64,000 nt of DNA. It comes from an uncultured Chthonomonadaceae bacterium (GTDB lineage Bacteria; Armatimonadota; Chthonomonadetes; Chthonomonadales; Chthonomonadaceae). How positions within the stretch are numbered: position 1 is the stretch's first letter; every line of letters starts with the position of its first letter. Of this stretch, positions 51,471 through 62,829 are shown in pieces. The DNA is taken from NCBI GenBank assembly GCA_963817895.1, contig CAWFQB010000014.1, positions 704,001 through 768,000 of the forward strand. The letters run 5' to 3'. The notes under the pieces were generated by a model. The model worked only from the letters and a program-made list of their open reading frames with translations. It did no database searches and had not been told where the DNA came from. Made by a program: the position numbers and the translations under genes.

Positions 51471-53083
51471 ATGGAAAAGAACACATCCCTGATCGCGGCC
51501 ATTGATATAGGAACGAACTCGATACGGCTGGCCGTCGTCCGTTCCGAGGGCGGACTGCAATTTACCACGCTCGCGCTGCACCGGGAAGTGGTACGTCTGG
51601 GCGAAGGCGAATTTGAAACCAATCAGATGACGCCCGAAGCGATTGCGCGGGGAACATTCGTATGCGCCAAATTCGCGCAGGTGGCGCGGGGGTTCGGGGC
51701 GCAGGAGATTGTCGCGTTTGCCACGTCGGCTGTGCGCGAAGCCGAAAACCGCGAGGAGTTTATCCGGCGCGTTCAGGAGGAAGCGGGCATCGAAGTGCGC
51801 GTGATTTCCGGCGTGGAAGAGGCCCGTTTAATCTGGCTTGGCGTGAGCAGCGGCATTGATTTAGGGGAGCGTAAAGCGGTTCTGATTGACATCGGCGGCG
51901 GCAGCACGGAAGTAATCGTAGGACGCGCAAGCAGGTTTGAAACCGCAGGCAGCGCGGCGGATTACGACGTGCTGGAAAGCATGAAACTCGGCTCTATCCG
52001 CATGTCCAACCATTTTCCCACCGACGAGGCCCGGTCAGCCCGGAAGCGTATGAACGGATGCAGGAACACGTTCGCGCCATTTCCACGCAGGTCGCGCGGA
52101 AAGCGCGGGCGGCAAATTTTGATCTGGCAATGGGCAGCGCGGGAACGATTGGCGCGTTGGCAGAAATCGTCGCCCGTTTCAGCCCGGACACAACAACCGT
52201 ACAGGGTCGGAACATCACCTTCCGCCTGAGCGACCTGCGCGAAGCGGTGAAAATGTTGTGCCGGTTGTCCCTCGAAGAGCGACGCAACGTTCCCGGCATG
52301 GACATCAACCGCGCCGACATCATCATTGGCGGCGCGGCGGTCCTGCAAACCGTGATGGAAGCGTTCGGCGCGGAACGCATGACAACCAGCGAACGCGGCC
52401 TGCGCGACGGCATACTGCTGGATTACCTGTTGCGCGAGGATGAGGCGCGGCAGCATTTTCAGGCTCATTCGGTACGCCGCCGCAGCATTTTGCAACTGGC
52501 CCGCGCCTGCAACTACGACGCGGAACACGCCGAGCATACGTCCTATTTGTGCCTGCGCCTGTTCGACGAACTGGCGCGATTGGGAGCGCATCCTTACGGG
52601 GAAGCGGAGCGCGAACTGCTCAACTACGCGGCCATCGTGCATGACATAGGGACGTTTTTGTCGCACTCCAACCATCAGAAACACGCCTATTATCTGACGC
52701 GAAATTCCGACCTGCTCGGCTTTGACAACACGGAAATCAACATCATCGCCAATGTCGCGCTATACCATCGCAAGGGTCTGCCCAAAAAGAAACACCTCAA
52801 CATGGCGGAACTTACCCGTGACGAGCGGCACATTGTCGGGGCATTGTCCGCCATTCTGCGCATCGCCGAAGGGCTGGACAGAAGCCATTTAAGTCTGGTG
52901 CAGGACATTCGCCTGGAACGCGCCCACAACCCGGAGCAATATGTGCTGACACTACTCTGCACCTCCGATTGCCAACTGGAAATATGGGGCGTACAAAACA
53001 GCCGTGATCTGTTTGAACTCGTGTTCGCCGCGCCGCTCATCGTCCGCTCTGAAATGCGCGATGCAGCGGCAGTCGCAATCTGA
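51471..53083 (+). CDS. ppx: Ppx/GppA exopolyphosphatase with C-terminal HD domain; frameshift near 52030
   Basis: IDIGTNS, ATSAVREA, EEAR, DIGGGSTE, RADII, GLRDG and HDIG motifs. Confidence 0.92.
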
Positions 53084-53187
53084 ACCATGATTTCACATGA
53101 TTTATGTGATTACCATGATTGAGGAAGCGGGTTCCTGCGGGTTCCTCATGTTAATCATCCTAATCATGCCTGATCATGGTTCAAGAC

Positions 53188-53228
53188 AAAAAAGAACCGG
53201 GCAGAGGATATATCCTCTGCCCGGTTCT
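53188..53228 (-). terminator. Intrinsic terminator of the RRM gene
   Basis: AGAACCGGGCAGAGGATA / TATCCTCTGCCCGGTTCT with adjacent A-run. Confidence 0.8.
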
Positions 53229-53264
53229 AATTTTCAGCGCGGCTTTATAACAAGCCGCAACTAA

Positions 53265-53627
53265 CTACCAGCGATTGCCGCCGCCGCCGCTGTCACGACC
53301 GCCGCCGCCACCACCGTAGCCGCCGCCACTGCTGCGACCGCCACCACCGCCGTAGCCACCGCCGCCACTGGAACGATCTTCACGCGGCTTGGCCTCGTTG
53401 ACCGTCAGGGTGCGGCCACCCATTTGCGTACCGTTCAGGCTGTTGATAGCCGCCTGAGATTCCGCGTCGGTAGACATTTCCACGAAGCCGAAGCCTTTGG
53501 CTTGGCCCGTGTACTTGTCCGTCACCAGCGTCACGGAAGAGACTGTGCCGGACGGGGTGAACAGGTTCTGCAAATCTTGTTCGGTCGCGCTGTAGGGCAG
53601 TCCGCCCACATAAATACGTGTTGCCAT
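53265..53627 (-). CDS. Glycine-rich RRM RNA-binding protein
   Basis: RNP2 IYVGGL, RNP1 KGFGFVEM and Gly-rich tail. Confidence 0.95.
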   Translation of the reverse strand: MATRIYVGGLPYSATEQDLQNLFTPSGTVSSVTLVTDKYTGQAKGFGFVEMSTDAESQAAINSLNGTQMGGRTLTVNEAKPREDRSSGGGGYGGGGGRSSGGGYGGGGGGRDSGGGGNRW

Positions 53628-54039
53628 TAGGGGTTATCCTGTTTCTCTTTCCCACAGAAATGCTCGGAGGGAAAATGTTTGGATGTCGCGCCAGACTAAA
53701 AGCCGGAGGACACCAGAATTGGGTGAAGCCTGTCAAGAAATCTTCACCATCTGAAACGAGCGCAAGAAAGAGAGAAGGAACCGGAAGAAAGTCAACAGAG
53801 GAACGGAGCGAAGAACCGTTGCGGGAGCGACATAGATCGGGATGCAATCAAAAATTCGTGTTTTCGTCGTTTAGACAAAGTTATTGTCGCACACGGTTTG
53901 CAATTTGTCAACAACTATTTTCACTTGTTTGCGACTATTTTTACCAGGACGCACAAATGCCGCAGAAAAGCGCGTATTTGCGTTTGCTCTTCTGCGGCGT
54001 GTTCGTTGGTGGCGCGACCTTCGCGTCCATCAGCCTGCA

Positions 54040-54231
54040 CTACTTCTTATCGTCAACCGCGTTCTTCACAGCCTCTTTTACTTTGCCGAAACCCTCTTGA
54101 ATCGCGCCCTCGGCCTGCTTCAGCTTGCCTTTGGCCTCGGTTGCGGGATCATCGGCAACCACGCCGACCACATTCTGCGCCTTGCCTTCTACCTGCTTCA
54201 CTTTACCCTCAACCACATCTTCGTTTGTCAT
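54040..54231 (-). CDS. CsbD-family stress protein
   Basis: EGKVKQVEGKAQ...EAKGKLKQAEGAIQEGFGKVKE. Confidence 0.9.
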   Translation of the reverse strand: MTNEDVVEGKVKQVEGKAQNVVGVVADDPATEAKGKLKQAEGAIQEGFGKVKEAVKNAVDDKK

Positions 54232-54452
54232 GTTCGTAGTTCCTTCCTGCCGCGCAAAACGGCAAATACCTGCGCGTAGGACTTAGGATATAGCGGTGTT
54301 TGTTCCCGAATGTGGGTTAGTTGGTGGTTGGTGGTTGGTGTTCTACCAACTGCTGGAAGGCTTGCAGGACGTTGGTAGGGTTTAGGCGAATAGTGGCAGA
54401 CATTTCCACTTTGTTGTAATCATTTTTAGACGCGCATACAAGGAGCTATAAA

Positions 54453-55250
54453 ATGCTTAATCGCCAATCATCAAATACCGAACACCGAACACCGAATACC
54501 GAATACCGCCCTACCCTCAACTCTCTTAATCAGCCTATCGGCTTTGCGGTTCCCGACTGGACGCCGCCGTCCCTGCCCTCGCGGGAACCAATGGAGGGAC
54601 GCTTTTGCCGCGTGGAAGCGCTGGAATCGGAGCGTCACGCGCGCTCGCTGTTCGACGCCAACGCGCTGGATGCGGAGGGGCGCAACTGGACATATCTATC
54701 CGTCGGGCCATTTGCGGATTTCAACGCCTACCATGCGTGGCTGACTTTCGTTGCGCCGGGAACCGATCCATTGTTTTATGCCGTTATTGACAAAGCGTTG
54801 AACAGGGCAGTGGGCATTGCAAGTTATCTGCGCATCGCGCCGTCTGCCGGTTCTATTGAGGTTGGACACATCAACTTTTCGCCTCTATTGCAGCAGAAAC
54901 CGGCGGCAACGGAAGCCATGTATCTGATGATGCAGCGGGCGTTTGATTTGGGGTATCGGCGTTACGAGTGGAAGTGCGACTCGCTCAACGCGCCTTCGCG
55001 CAGGGCGGCGCAACGGTTGGGGTTCTCGTATGAGGGGATTTTCCGGCAGGCGTTGGTGTACAAAGGCCGCAACCGGGACACGGCATGGTTCGCCATGCTG
55101 GATTGGGAATGGCCGCAATTGCAGGCGGCGTTTCAAACGTGGCTCGATCCCGCCAATTTCGACGCGGACGGCAGGCAGAAGGTCGCCTTGTCCACGCTGA
55201 CGGCCCCTATTCTGAAGACAAAGGATGATTTCGCTTCCCCAACGCCCTGA
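54453..55250 (+). CDS. RimJ/RimL-type GNAT acetyltransferase
   Basis: IEVGHI, LGYRRYEWKCDSLN, LGFSYEGIFRQ and RNRDTAWF; heptamer repeat at the N-terminus. Confidence 0.92.
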   Translation: MLNRQSSNTEHRTPNTEYRPTLNSLNQPIGFAVPDWTPPSLPSREPMEGRFCRVEALESERHARSLFDANALDAEGRNWTYLSVGPFADFNAYHAWLTFVAPGTDPLFYAVIDKALNRAVGIASYLRIAPSAGSIEVGHINFSPLLQQKPAATEAMYLMMQRAFDLGYRRYEWKCDSLNAPSRRAAQRLGFSYEGIFRQALVYKGRNRDTAWFAMLDWEWPQLQAAFQTWLDPANFDADGRQKVALSTLTAPILKTKDDFASPTP

Positions 55251-55315
55251 TTTATCCTATACCTGCCAACGGTTCGCTTGCATACTCATGCCGCAAAACA
55301 ATTACTGAAAGTGAA

Positions 55316-56014
55316 CTATTGTTCGATAAGCCGCACATTCCGCGATGTCGGATTGTTGCGCAAGGCTTCCACTTCCTCCCGCGTGATGAACCGCGCCCAC
55401 GCATAATCCGCGAACGCGCCGTGTTTGGGGCCGCTTAAATTCAGTTGGAGGCGCACATGGCTTTTGCCCCCGCGCTTCACGTTCGGATTCGGTTGTACAA
55501 CCGTAAACACGGTTTCCGCCGTATTGCGCGCGCCGGAATTGGCGACCCGATCCGCCGCCAGTTGTTCGGCATTGCCGGGAACGGGGATGCTGCCCCCGTT
55601 TGCAACATCGCGCACATTGGGCGCGGATTTGTCTCGGAACTCGAACACCTCCGCGTCCCAACTGGAACCGCCGTGAAAATGGTTGGCGCGGACGGCAAGA
55701 ACCGGGTAGCGATTCAGGTCTACGTCAAACTCTGTCCACACTCCCGCCCGATAGTGTCCAAACTCCTTGAAAAAGTGCGATGTGTTGCCAAGCGTCACCC
55801 GCAACGCGCCATTGGAAACGCTCATAATGTCCGTCGCGCCGGGCCGCGTCCACGGCTGCCAGTCGCCCGGCTCGTTGAACTCATCATGCCAGCCGACGAC
55901 AAGCGCGTGACGCTGCGCCCGATGGCGCGTTGTTGTCTGCGCCTGCATCCCTTGCAGGACACACGATATAGCCGAAACCGCAAGGCAAACCACAATCCCT
56001 TTTGATACCTTCAT
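55316..56014 (-). CDS. Hypothetical exported beta-rich protein
   Basis: Signal peptide, 232-aa ORF, GAGG RBS. Confidence 0.7.
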   Translation of the reverse strand: MKVSKGIVVCLAVSAISCVLQGMQAQTTTRHRAQRHALVVGWHDEFNEPGDWQPWTRPGATDIMSVSNGALRVTLGNTSHFFKEFGHYRAGVWTEFDVDLNRYPVLAVRANHFHGGSSWDAEVFEFRDKSAPNVRDVANGGSIPVPGNAEQLAADRVANSGARNTAETVFTVVQPNPNVKRGGKSHVRLQLNLSGPKHGAFADYAWARFITREEVEALRNNPTSRNVRLIEQ

Positions 56015-56099
56015 AACCGTCGTTCCTCATTATATACCAGAACATAGCCTACTTTTAGGAATGCCACTTCAATCCGGCGTAAGAGCGCTACAAATTACA

Positions 56100-57684
56100 T
56101 CACCTCGCGCCTTTGGTATAGAGACGCTCGTCGGCTAAATCTAAACGGTACATGATCTGGTTGTAGTCGTAGCGGGGTGTGGGCGGGGTGTCGGGATTGC
56201 CGGTGAACTGGTTGGTGTACGTACCCTCGAAGTAGATGATGCGCCCGCCCTGCTGGTCGAAAAACGGGTGCTGCGTGGGGTTGTAAAAGGTATAGCGGTC
56301 ATGGGTGACGATCTTTTTGGCGCCGCGCCACAGACCTTCGGGGGTTGGGGCTTCGGCGTACCAGATTTCGCCCAGATAGGAGGTTCCGCCTACCTGCCCG
56401 AAAATCATGATCCAGCGTTTGCGGTACTCGTTCCAGTAGACCGAACCGCCCTGCGCTTCCACCTCTTTGCCGGTGTCCAGATCATGCAGAGCGAACGGCG
56501 ACTCGTCCGGCTTGATTTTGCCCGCTTTGACAAGGGCGTTTTGCTGCGAGGGAGAAATGGGAGCCGTGTCGCGCTTCCATGCCCACACCAATTTGCCATT
56601 CGCGTCCCGCTCCAATTTGCTGTCCGCGCCCGCGTAACGGCTGCCCGCCACGAGGGGCGTATAGGCTTCATAACGCGCAAGCGTTTCCACGTCCGTCAGG
56701 GTTGCTTTCACGCGCAGGTTGGGATACGGCGCGGGAAAGTACAGGTAATCTATGCCATCAACGGCATGATGAAACGGATGCCCCTGCGGATACAATGGGT
56801 TCGCCAGATCGAATGGGGCCAGCCGCTCGAACGTTTGCGTGGCATCATTGAAGCGCATCAGGCCGCGTTCTAAGGGCGTTCCCAATCCTTTCAAACGCTC
56901 GTAGCGGCACAGCAAACGTTTCCTGTCCCGTCGCGTCGGTAACTGTCATCAGGGCATCAATCCAGACTACGCCGGGTTCGGACAGGGGAGCCATAGCGCG
57001 ACAAAAGCCTTCAGGATTGACAAAGTATGACAGGTCAATGCCGTTCGCCGGGTCAAGCCCGCCCTTACCCGGCGGCAGTGAAGTCGCGCCCGATGTGGCG
57101 AAATTGCCGAGCGGATAAGAAGGCCGACTCGTATCGCCCCAGAACCAGTACAGTTTGCCTTTATAGAGGATAGATTCTACGGTATCCTGCCCCGTCACCT
57201 GCCCGTTCAGCACAGGCTTTTCAATCGGTGATGGTTCGCCAAGCAAAACCGTGTCCCGGTAAATGCCCTCGCCCGTAATGCGGTACATGCGTTCCGCGAT
57301 GTTGACGCGCTGCGCTTCCAGGCGGACGCTTGCCCCGGACTTCACATGCAGTTTTGCGCCATGATAGCCGAAAGCATCGGCGGGAAACGTGTAGCCGTGA
57401 CTTTGCGCATGAAAGAACACGTCCGTATCCATCAAACCCGGTTCATAAAACGCGACCACGCCCCGGCTGTCGGTCACATAATGCACATTGGCGGTTGTGC
57501 GCAAATCCACGAGGGGTACGCCCCGCCCCGTCTGCTTGTCCACCACCGTTATTTTGAAATACCGCGTTACTTCGTCCTCAGTTCGGGCCGATGCTACCCT
57601 ATCAAAAATCGAAAAGGCGATCAACAGACAGATAAATAAAAAATTGCGCAGGCACATGAAAGCATCCTTGTACAGCATAAGCAA
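56100..57684 (-). CDS. Hypothetical exported protein (possible beta-propeller/glycosidase-like); frameshift near 56915
   Basis: Signal peptide; WFWGDT, WNEYRKRW and YDYNQIMYRLDL in two consecutive ORFs. Confidence 0.7.
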
Positions 57685-57706
57685 GTCAAGTTGAGAACAA
57701 TACCGC

Positions 57707-58603
57707 TTATTGTACCCGATGCGCCTTCATGCCTTTGGCGTTTGTGAGGGCTTCCTGCCAGCGCCGTTTCCACTCCTCATAATTCGTCAGGACGGTTTCC
57801 GGGTGTTGGCGGCTGCGAACTACGAAGTCGGGGTGAAACGGTCTGCCGGTGGGCTGTCCGGTCGGCTGAAAGCGCAGGTCTACGCTCCAACGGACGTGAT
57901 CGCTGTAGTTGGGCGTGGAACGGTGCGGCGTGTAGCGGTGCATGAACACGATGCCGCCCTTTGGCACAGGCACGGCGCGGGGTTCGGAGTGGGGCAACAG
58001 ATCGGGGCGTATTGTCGTGCCGCCCTCTGCCTGATGCGTTAAATACCCCTGTTTCCATACGTCCGGCATGACCTCCATGCAGCCGTTTTCTACCGTCGCG
58101 TCTACAAGCGGCAACCAGCAGGTCACAATATCGGAAGCGTCGGCCTCTTCCCACGTCACGCCCGCGTCCTGATGCCACGGGACGTTGTAAAACCCCGCGC
58201 CCTCCCCCGCGTATTTTGACGGCGGCTTGGCGCGGATGTGCTGAATGGGATTGCAGGTGATTTCCGGCCCGATAAGCGATTCAACCGCGTCCAGCAGATG
58301 CGGGTTGCGCAGGAACTCAAAGGTTGCCGGTCCAAGCACGGTCATTATGTCCATGCCGCTCAAAATATCCGGCGACTGCGCGTACAGCAGGGCAGTACGT
58401 TGCGCGAACGGCGCATTTTCATGTAAATCGGTAATCTTGCTTTCATCGAGAAGCCGTTGCGCCCGCGCGTCAATCCAATTCGCGTACTCCGCAATCACGG
58501 GCGTCAAATCCGCGTCGTTCAACACGCCCTCCGCCACCAATACGCCCTCCTCCCGAAACCGGCGAACCTGTTCCGCGCTCAACCCTGAGACGGTCGCTGT
58601 CAT
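57707..58603 (-). CDS. Phytanoyl-CoA dioxygenase family (Fe/2OG)
   Basis: PWHQD, WLPLVDATVENGC, HRS.PN and R.S.D.R motifs. Confidence 0.92.
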   Translation of the reverse strand: MTATVSGLSAEQVRRFREEGVLVAEGVLNDADLTPVIAEYANWIDARAQRLLDESKITDLHENAPFAQRTALLYAQSPDILSGMDIMTVLGPATFEFLRNPHLLDAVESLIGPEITCNPIQHIRAKPPSKYAGEGAGFYNVPWHQDAGVTWEEADASDIVTCWLPLVDATVENGCMEVMPDVWKQGYLTHQAEGGTTIRPDLLPHSEPRAVPVPKGGIVFMHRYTPHRSTPNYSDHVRWSVDLRFQPTGQPTGRPFHPDFVVRSRQHPETVLTNYEEWKRRWQEALTNAKGMKAHRVQ

Positions 58604-58688
58604 TCCTTACCTCCCGCGATGTTACAGATGATTTTAGCCGCGAATACACGCGAATTCACGCAAATAAATGCAGAAGAATATACGAGGG

Positions 58689-59975
58689 CTATTTAGCCTT
58701 TAGCGGAATTTCTGCCGCCAGTGGCCGCTGGCCGCGCAGCATTTTTGCGCCCTCGCCAACCAGACGCAAATACCAATCTGACGGCAGGTTTTCGTATCCG
58801 ACAAAATGCGCCTGCGTGGGCGGGTGACTCGTCACCTTATAGATCGCCGTACCCTCATCCACCTCATCGAACATGGCGACATAGGCGGAATGAACCCCCA
58901 TTTTCGCCAGTTCGTGAAACTGCTCCCACAAAAACTGCCCGCCGCGCCGCGCAATCAGCGTTGTTCCTGTTGGTTTGCGCTGTAGATTATCCCAACTGAA
59001 GCCGGGATAAATGACCGGCAGCCAGATTTCGCCGCGCTGTTCGCAGTCGCGCTTATCCTCGGCCCAATAGCCCGTACTCGCGTGTTGCGCGCCCGCCGCG
59101 TCTGTAGAGTAGTTGCCGACGTTCCACGGCGCGTAGGCGTCGAAACGGCGGACAAACTTTTGCCATTCGGGGTTGGGATTATGCCGCCAGTTCCAGTCGC
59201 CGCCCCCAAGCAGAAACGCCGCGTAACGCCCCGGCGTTTTGAAAAAGTCTATCAAACGGTTCGCCAGTTCGGGCGTCATGGCGTTGTTCGGGTCGTTCGG
59301 GAAGAAGCCCCAGATATTGACGACGGGTTTCCGGTTCTGATGCAGGTAGCGCCTATCACCTGTTACGCCCGTATCCACCATGCGTTTCCAGTCGGCAGTC
59401 AGCGCGTCGTAAATGCGGTCGTTGGGCATCCCGGCAATGTCGTAAGATAATGCCCACGCCCGCCCGGTTTGGATTGCCGCCGCCCGAACGTGGTTTAACA
59501 CCTTCAAGCGAGACGGGTAGCGAACCGCATCGCGTCCGCCGGGTAAATCCACCACAAAATGCTGCAGCCATGCGCCGTCAATGCCGTAATCGCGCATCCA
59601 CTCGAAATGCCGCAAAACGGTTCGGGCGTTGTCCGCGCTGTATAGTTCTGCGGGTTTGCCATCAGGATACGTGAAGCCGGGCGCGGCAAACCGTTCAGCC
59701 GGAGTGTATTCGCTGACATCGGGCCACATCTCAAACGTCAGGGTTTCCGGCGTGATCTGTTTTGAATCGCGACTCCAGTGTATCCAGCCCATATTGGCCG
59801 CGTCACCGGGACACCGAAACCAGCCCTGATAGCCGCACATCACCTTACCGTTCAAAGTATTCGCATCCACGACACTGGTCGTCTGACCATGAGCCTGATT
59901 GCCTGTCAGAGTCATCCAAACCGCCAGCAGCAGTATCAAGCGATGGCATGAGCGATAAGACGCGGTAGGTAACAA
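58689..59975 (-). CDS. Exported glycoside hydrolase (GH71/GH99-like)
   Basis: KVMCGYQGWF, HFEWMRDYGIDG, PGFSW and AMFDEVDEGT motifs. Confidence 0.8.
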   Translation of the reverse strand: MLPTASYRSCHRLILLLAVWMTLTGNQAHGQTTSVVDANTLNGKVMCGYQGWFRCPGDAANMGWIHWSRDSKQITPETLTFEMWPDVSEYTPAERFAAPGFTYPDGKPAELYSADNARTVLRHFEWMRDYGIDGAWLQHFVVDLPGGRDAVRYPSRLKVLNHVRAAAIQTGRAWALSYDIAGMPNDRIYDALTADWKRMVDTGVTGDRRYLHQNRKPVVNIWGFFPNDPNNAMTPELANRLIDFFKTPGRYAAFLLGGGDWNWRHNPNPEWQKFVRRFDAYAPWNVGNYSTDAAGAQHASTGYWAEDKRDCEQRGEIWLPVIYPGFSWDNLQRKPTGTTLIARRGGQFLWEQFHELAKMGVHSAYVAMFDEVDEGTAIYKVTSHPPTQAHFVGYENLPSDWYLRLVGEGAKMLRGQRPLAAEIPLKAK

Positions 59976-59990
59976 GATCGTACTCCGGGT

Positions 59991-60875
59991 TCAAAGGCAG
60001 AGAGTCAGCGTTGCATCCAACGACAAAGCGAGAACAGCAGCCGCGTTGCCGTCGCGAACGGCGATTTCCAGACGCCCGCTGCTGCCCCAGTACGCGAGGA
60101 GTTCACCGGGCGCGGCATCGGCAAATGTCCGCGCAATGCCCTGCCAACTCCGGCTGCCCGCCTGTATTCGCGCGTTCGCGTCTGCGGCTGCCATTTCAAC
60201 TTCGGCGGTGACAATGCCTTTATTCGCTGAAAAACTTTTTCGCCGTTCGCGCCAGAAGCCGCGTTCCAGATTGGTGATCAGGTTGCCGAAACGATCCGCG
60301 TACAGAACGCGCAGGCGCAGGCAGGCAGAACCGTTCGCGTCCTGCCCGCTTTCCGGCAGGGACAAAGGCAATCTCACCAGCGTGTCCGGCGCAATTGCCT
60401 CGCCCAACGCTTCCGGTTCCAGCCCGTTCGCCAGATGCGCGGCAATGGGCGCGAACACATCCCTGCCGTGAAAGGTCGCGCTGACGTTGGGAAGGCAATA
60501 CGTCTGCGCCTTTTCCGTCAGGCGAACGGCGCGAATCACCTTCGAGCGGCGCAGGGGCATTGTCAACACGCCATTATCCGGCGCGATAAACAACGCCTGG
60601 TCCGTTTCCACCACGCAGGCCGCCCGATTGCTGCCCACGCCGGGGTCTACCACAACCAGATGAACGGTTCCGGGCGGAAAGTAGTCTATCGCCGCTTCCA
60701 ATCGCGCGCTTGCTTCCAGTACGTTTTGGGGCGCAATGTCGTGCGTCAAATCCACAAGGCGCGCGTTCGGCGCAAGGGAGTAGAGTATGCCCTTCATCAC
60801 GCCGACATAGGTATCCATAAGCCCGAAGTCGGTTGTGAGCGTAATCAGGGGCGGCTGTAAATACGGATTTCTCAT
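59991..60875 (-). CDS. SAM hydroxide adenosyltransferase / chlorinase-fluorinase family (DUF62)
   Basis: TLTTDFG, VVDPGVGS, PDNG, TFHGRDVFAP and DRFGN motifs. Confidence 0.93.
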   Translation of the reverse strand: MRNPYLQPPLITLTTDFGLMDTYVGVMKGILYSLAPNARLVDLTHDIAPQNVLEASARLEAAIDYFPPGTVHLVVVDPGVGSNRAACVVETDQALFIAPDNGVLTMPLRRSKVIRAVRLTEKAQTYCLPNVSATFHGRDVFAPIAAHLANGLEPEALGEAIAPDTLVRLPLSLPESGQDANGSACLRLRVLYADRFGNLITNLERGFWRERRKSFSANKGIVTAEVEMAAADANARIQAGSRSWQGIARTFADAAPGELLAYWGSSGRLEIAVRDGNAAAVLALSLDATLTLCL

Positions 60876-60876
60876 T

Positions 60877-60930
60877 AGTAGCCCTCAACCCCTAACCCCT
60901 TCTCCCAAAAAAGCCTGGGAGAAGGGGAAC
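60877..60930. repeat. Palindromic CCCTCAACCCC...GGGAGAAGGGG REP-like repeat, copy 2
   Basis: Near-identical to 19856-19909. Confidence 0.85.
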
Positions 60931-61053
60931 AGTATCTTTGCACTTTTTGAAAAATGAGATAGAAAAGTAGTGTTGCCTGCCCGCTTGCTTGTGTCTCAAA
61001 AAGTGGAAAAGTGCAAAGATACTGGGGGAACTTATCAGAATAGGCTCTTAACA

Positions 61054-61650
61054 TTATGCGCTGTTGGCAATGGGCGCGTACTCGTATTTCGGTTCCCATC
61101 CGTTCGCGCCGTCTTGCAGCAGATCGAACAGGGGCCAGACGGCGCAGAAGTCGTCGCCCGGGCCTAAAGGCGAGGAGGCAATGCGATAGATACGCCCGTC
61201 TTCGTCCCGGTGAAAAGCGGTTATGCCCGGATATGTGCCATACTCCGCGCTTGCAACCCCCATGTCGCTTACAAAGGTCGTGTTCGCGCAGGATACCATC
61301 GGGAACTTCCAGCCACGCGACGCGGCAAATTCCGCCTGCGTATGCGGGTCATTGGGCGACACGACGATGAAGGCGGCGCGATCATTCAGGTGCGGAAACA
61401 GGCCATTGAAGCCGTCCGCCCACAATGTGCAGTAGGAACAGCCTTTGCCCATGTTGTGAATGACAAGCAGGTCGGATTTGCCGCCGAACAGTTCGGACAG
61501 GCGGACGTTTGTTCCGTTCGGTCCGCCAAACGCATAGTCGGATTCGACCTCCTGACGCGGCTGACGGCGGCGGGCAGCGGTCAACTGCTGCTTCAATTGA
61601 AGCAACTGAGTTTCCAATTCTTGAACTTCCGGCGCGGTTTCGCAATTCAT
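61054..61650 (-). CDS. DUF899 thioredoxin-like protein
   Basis: LSELFGGKSDL, CSYCTLWADG and RGWKFP motifs. Confidence 0.85.
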   Translation of the reverse strand: MNCETAPEVQELETQLLQLKQQLTAARRRQPRQEVESDYAFGGPNGTNVRLSELFGGKSDLLVIHNMGKGCSYCTLWADGFNGLFPHLNDRAAFIVVSPNDPHTQAEFAASRGWKFPMVSCANTTFVSDMGVASAEYGTYPGITAFHRDEDGRIYRIASSPLGPGDDFCAVWPLFDLLQDGANGWEPKYEYAPIANSA

Positions 61651-61906
61651 AGGGTTGTGCCTCCAGAGTGTAGAATGAGAGTGTGGAAATGGTATCCGCA
61701 GTATACCCGCCATTGTCAGGCCGAAGCTGCGCTTTTGGACTACTCCCGGCAGGCAGGCACAACCGGAAACAGGTTCGCGAAATTTCTGTAAAATCTCCCC
61801 GCCACCCCTGTGCTATAATGAGGGCAGAGAAAAATTGAGAGTGGAGAGTGAGAGTGAGAGTAAAGACAGATTTTCTTTCACTATCCACTCTCACTCTTCA
61901 CTTTAG

Positions 61907-62800
61907 ATGGAGAACGCGAACATGGTTTCTAAATTAAAAATAGGTATTCCGAAAGGGAGTTTGCAGGAAGCGACGTTTGCTCTGTTCAAAAAAGCGGGGT
62001 TTGAATTTCATACCAGCAGCAGCCGGTCATACCACCCTACTGTAGATGACCCGGAACTGGAACCTATTCTGCTGCGCCCGCAGGAGATACCGCGCTATGT
62101 GGAACACGGAATTCTGGACGCGGGCTTGACCGGCAAGGACTGGATCGAGGACAATGGCTCACAGGTCGAGGAGATCGCGGAATTGACCTATTCCAAAGTG
62201 ACGCGCACCCCCATTCGTATAGTGCTTGCCGTCCCCAATGACGCGCCCGTACAGTCGGCGCGGGACTTGCAGGGCAAGCGGATCGCAACCGAGTACGTGC
62301 GCCTGACCGAACGCTATCTGAAACAGCATGATGTAAGCGCCGATGTGGAATTTTCGTGGGGCGCGGACGAGGTAAAAGTTCCCGATCTGGTAGACGCCAT
62401 TGTGGTCAATACGGAAACGGGAAGCAGCCTGCGCGCTCATAACCTGCGCATTGTGGATACCCTTCTCACGTCCACCCCGCGCCTGATTGCCAACAAAACC
62501 TCATGGCAAAACGAGTGGAAACGCGCCAAACTGGAAAACATGGCGATGCTGCTGACGGGCGCGCTCCATGCCGAAGAGCTTGTGGGCCTGAAAATGAACG
62601 TGCCAAAGCAGGAATTAGACAAAATAACCGCGCTGCTGCCCGCCCTGAAAAATCCTACCATTTCTCCGCTCTCCTCGCCGGAGTGGGTCGCGCTGGAAAT
62701 CATCGTCGCCATCAACGCCGTGCGCGACTTATTGCCCAACCTCAAACGCGCCGGCGCGGAGGGAATCGTCGAATATCCGCTGAACAAGGTAGTCTACTAA
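61907..62800 (+). CDS. hisG: ATP phosphoribosyltransferase (long form)
   Basis: IPKGSL, RPQEIP, GLTGKDW, RIATEY, ETGSSLR and C-terminal PTISPL regulatory domain; extended -10 TGCTATAAT at 61811-61819. Confidence 0.96.
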   Translation: MENANMVSKLKIGIPKGSLQEATFALFKKAGFEFHTSSSRSYHPTVDDPELEPILLRPQEIPRYVEHGILDAGLTGKDWIEDNGSQVEEIAELTYSKVTRTPIRIVLAVPNDAPVQSARDLQGKRIATEYVRLTERYLKQHDVSADVEFSWGADEVKVPDLVDAIVVNTETGSSLRAHNLRIVDTLLTSTPRLIANKTSWQNEWKRAKLENMAMLLTGALHAEELVGLKMNVPKQELDKITALLPALKNPTISPLSSPEWVALEIIVAINAVRDLLPNLKRAGAEGIVEYPLNKVVY

Positions 62801-62829
62801 ACGCAGTCTGCTGAGAGGAGTAACTTGCC

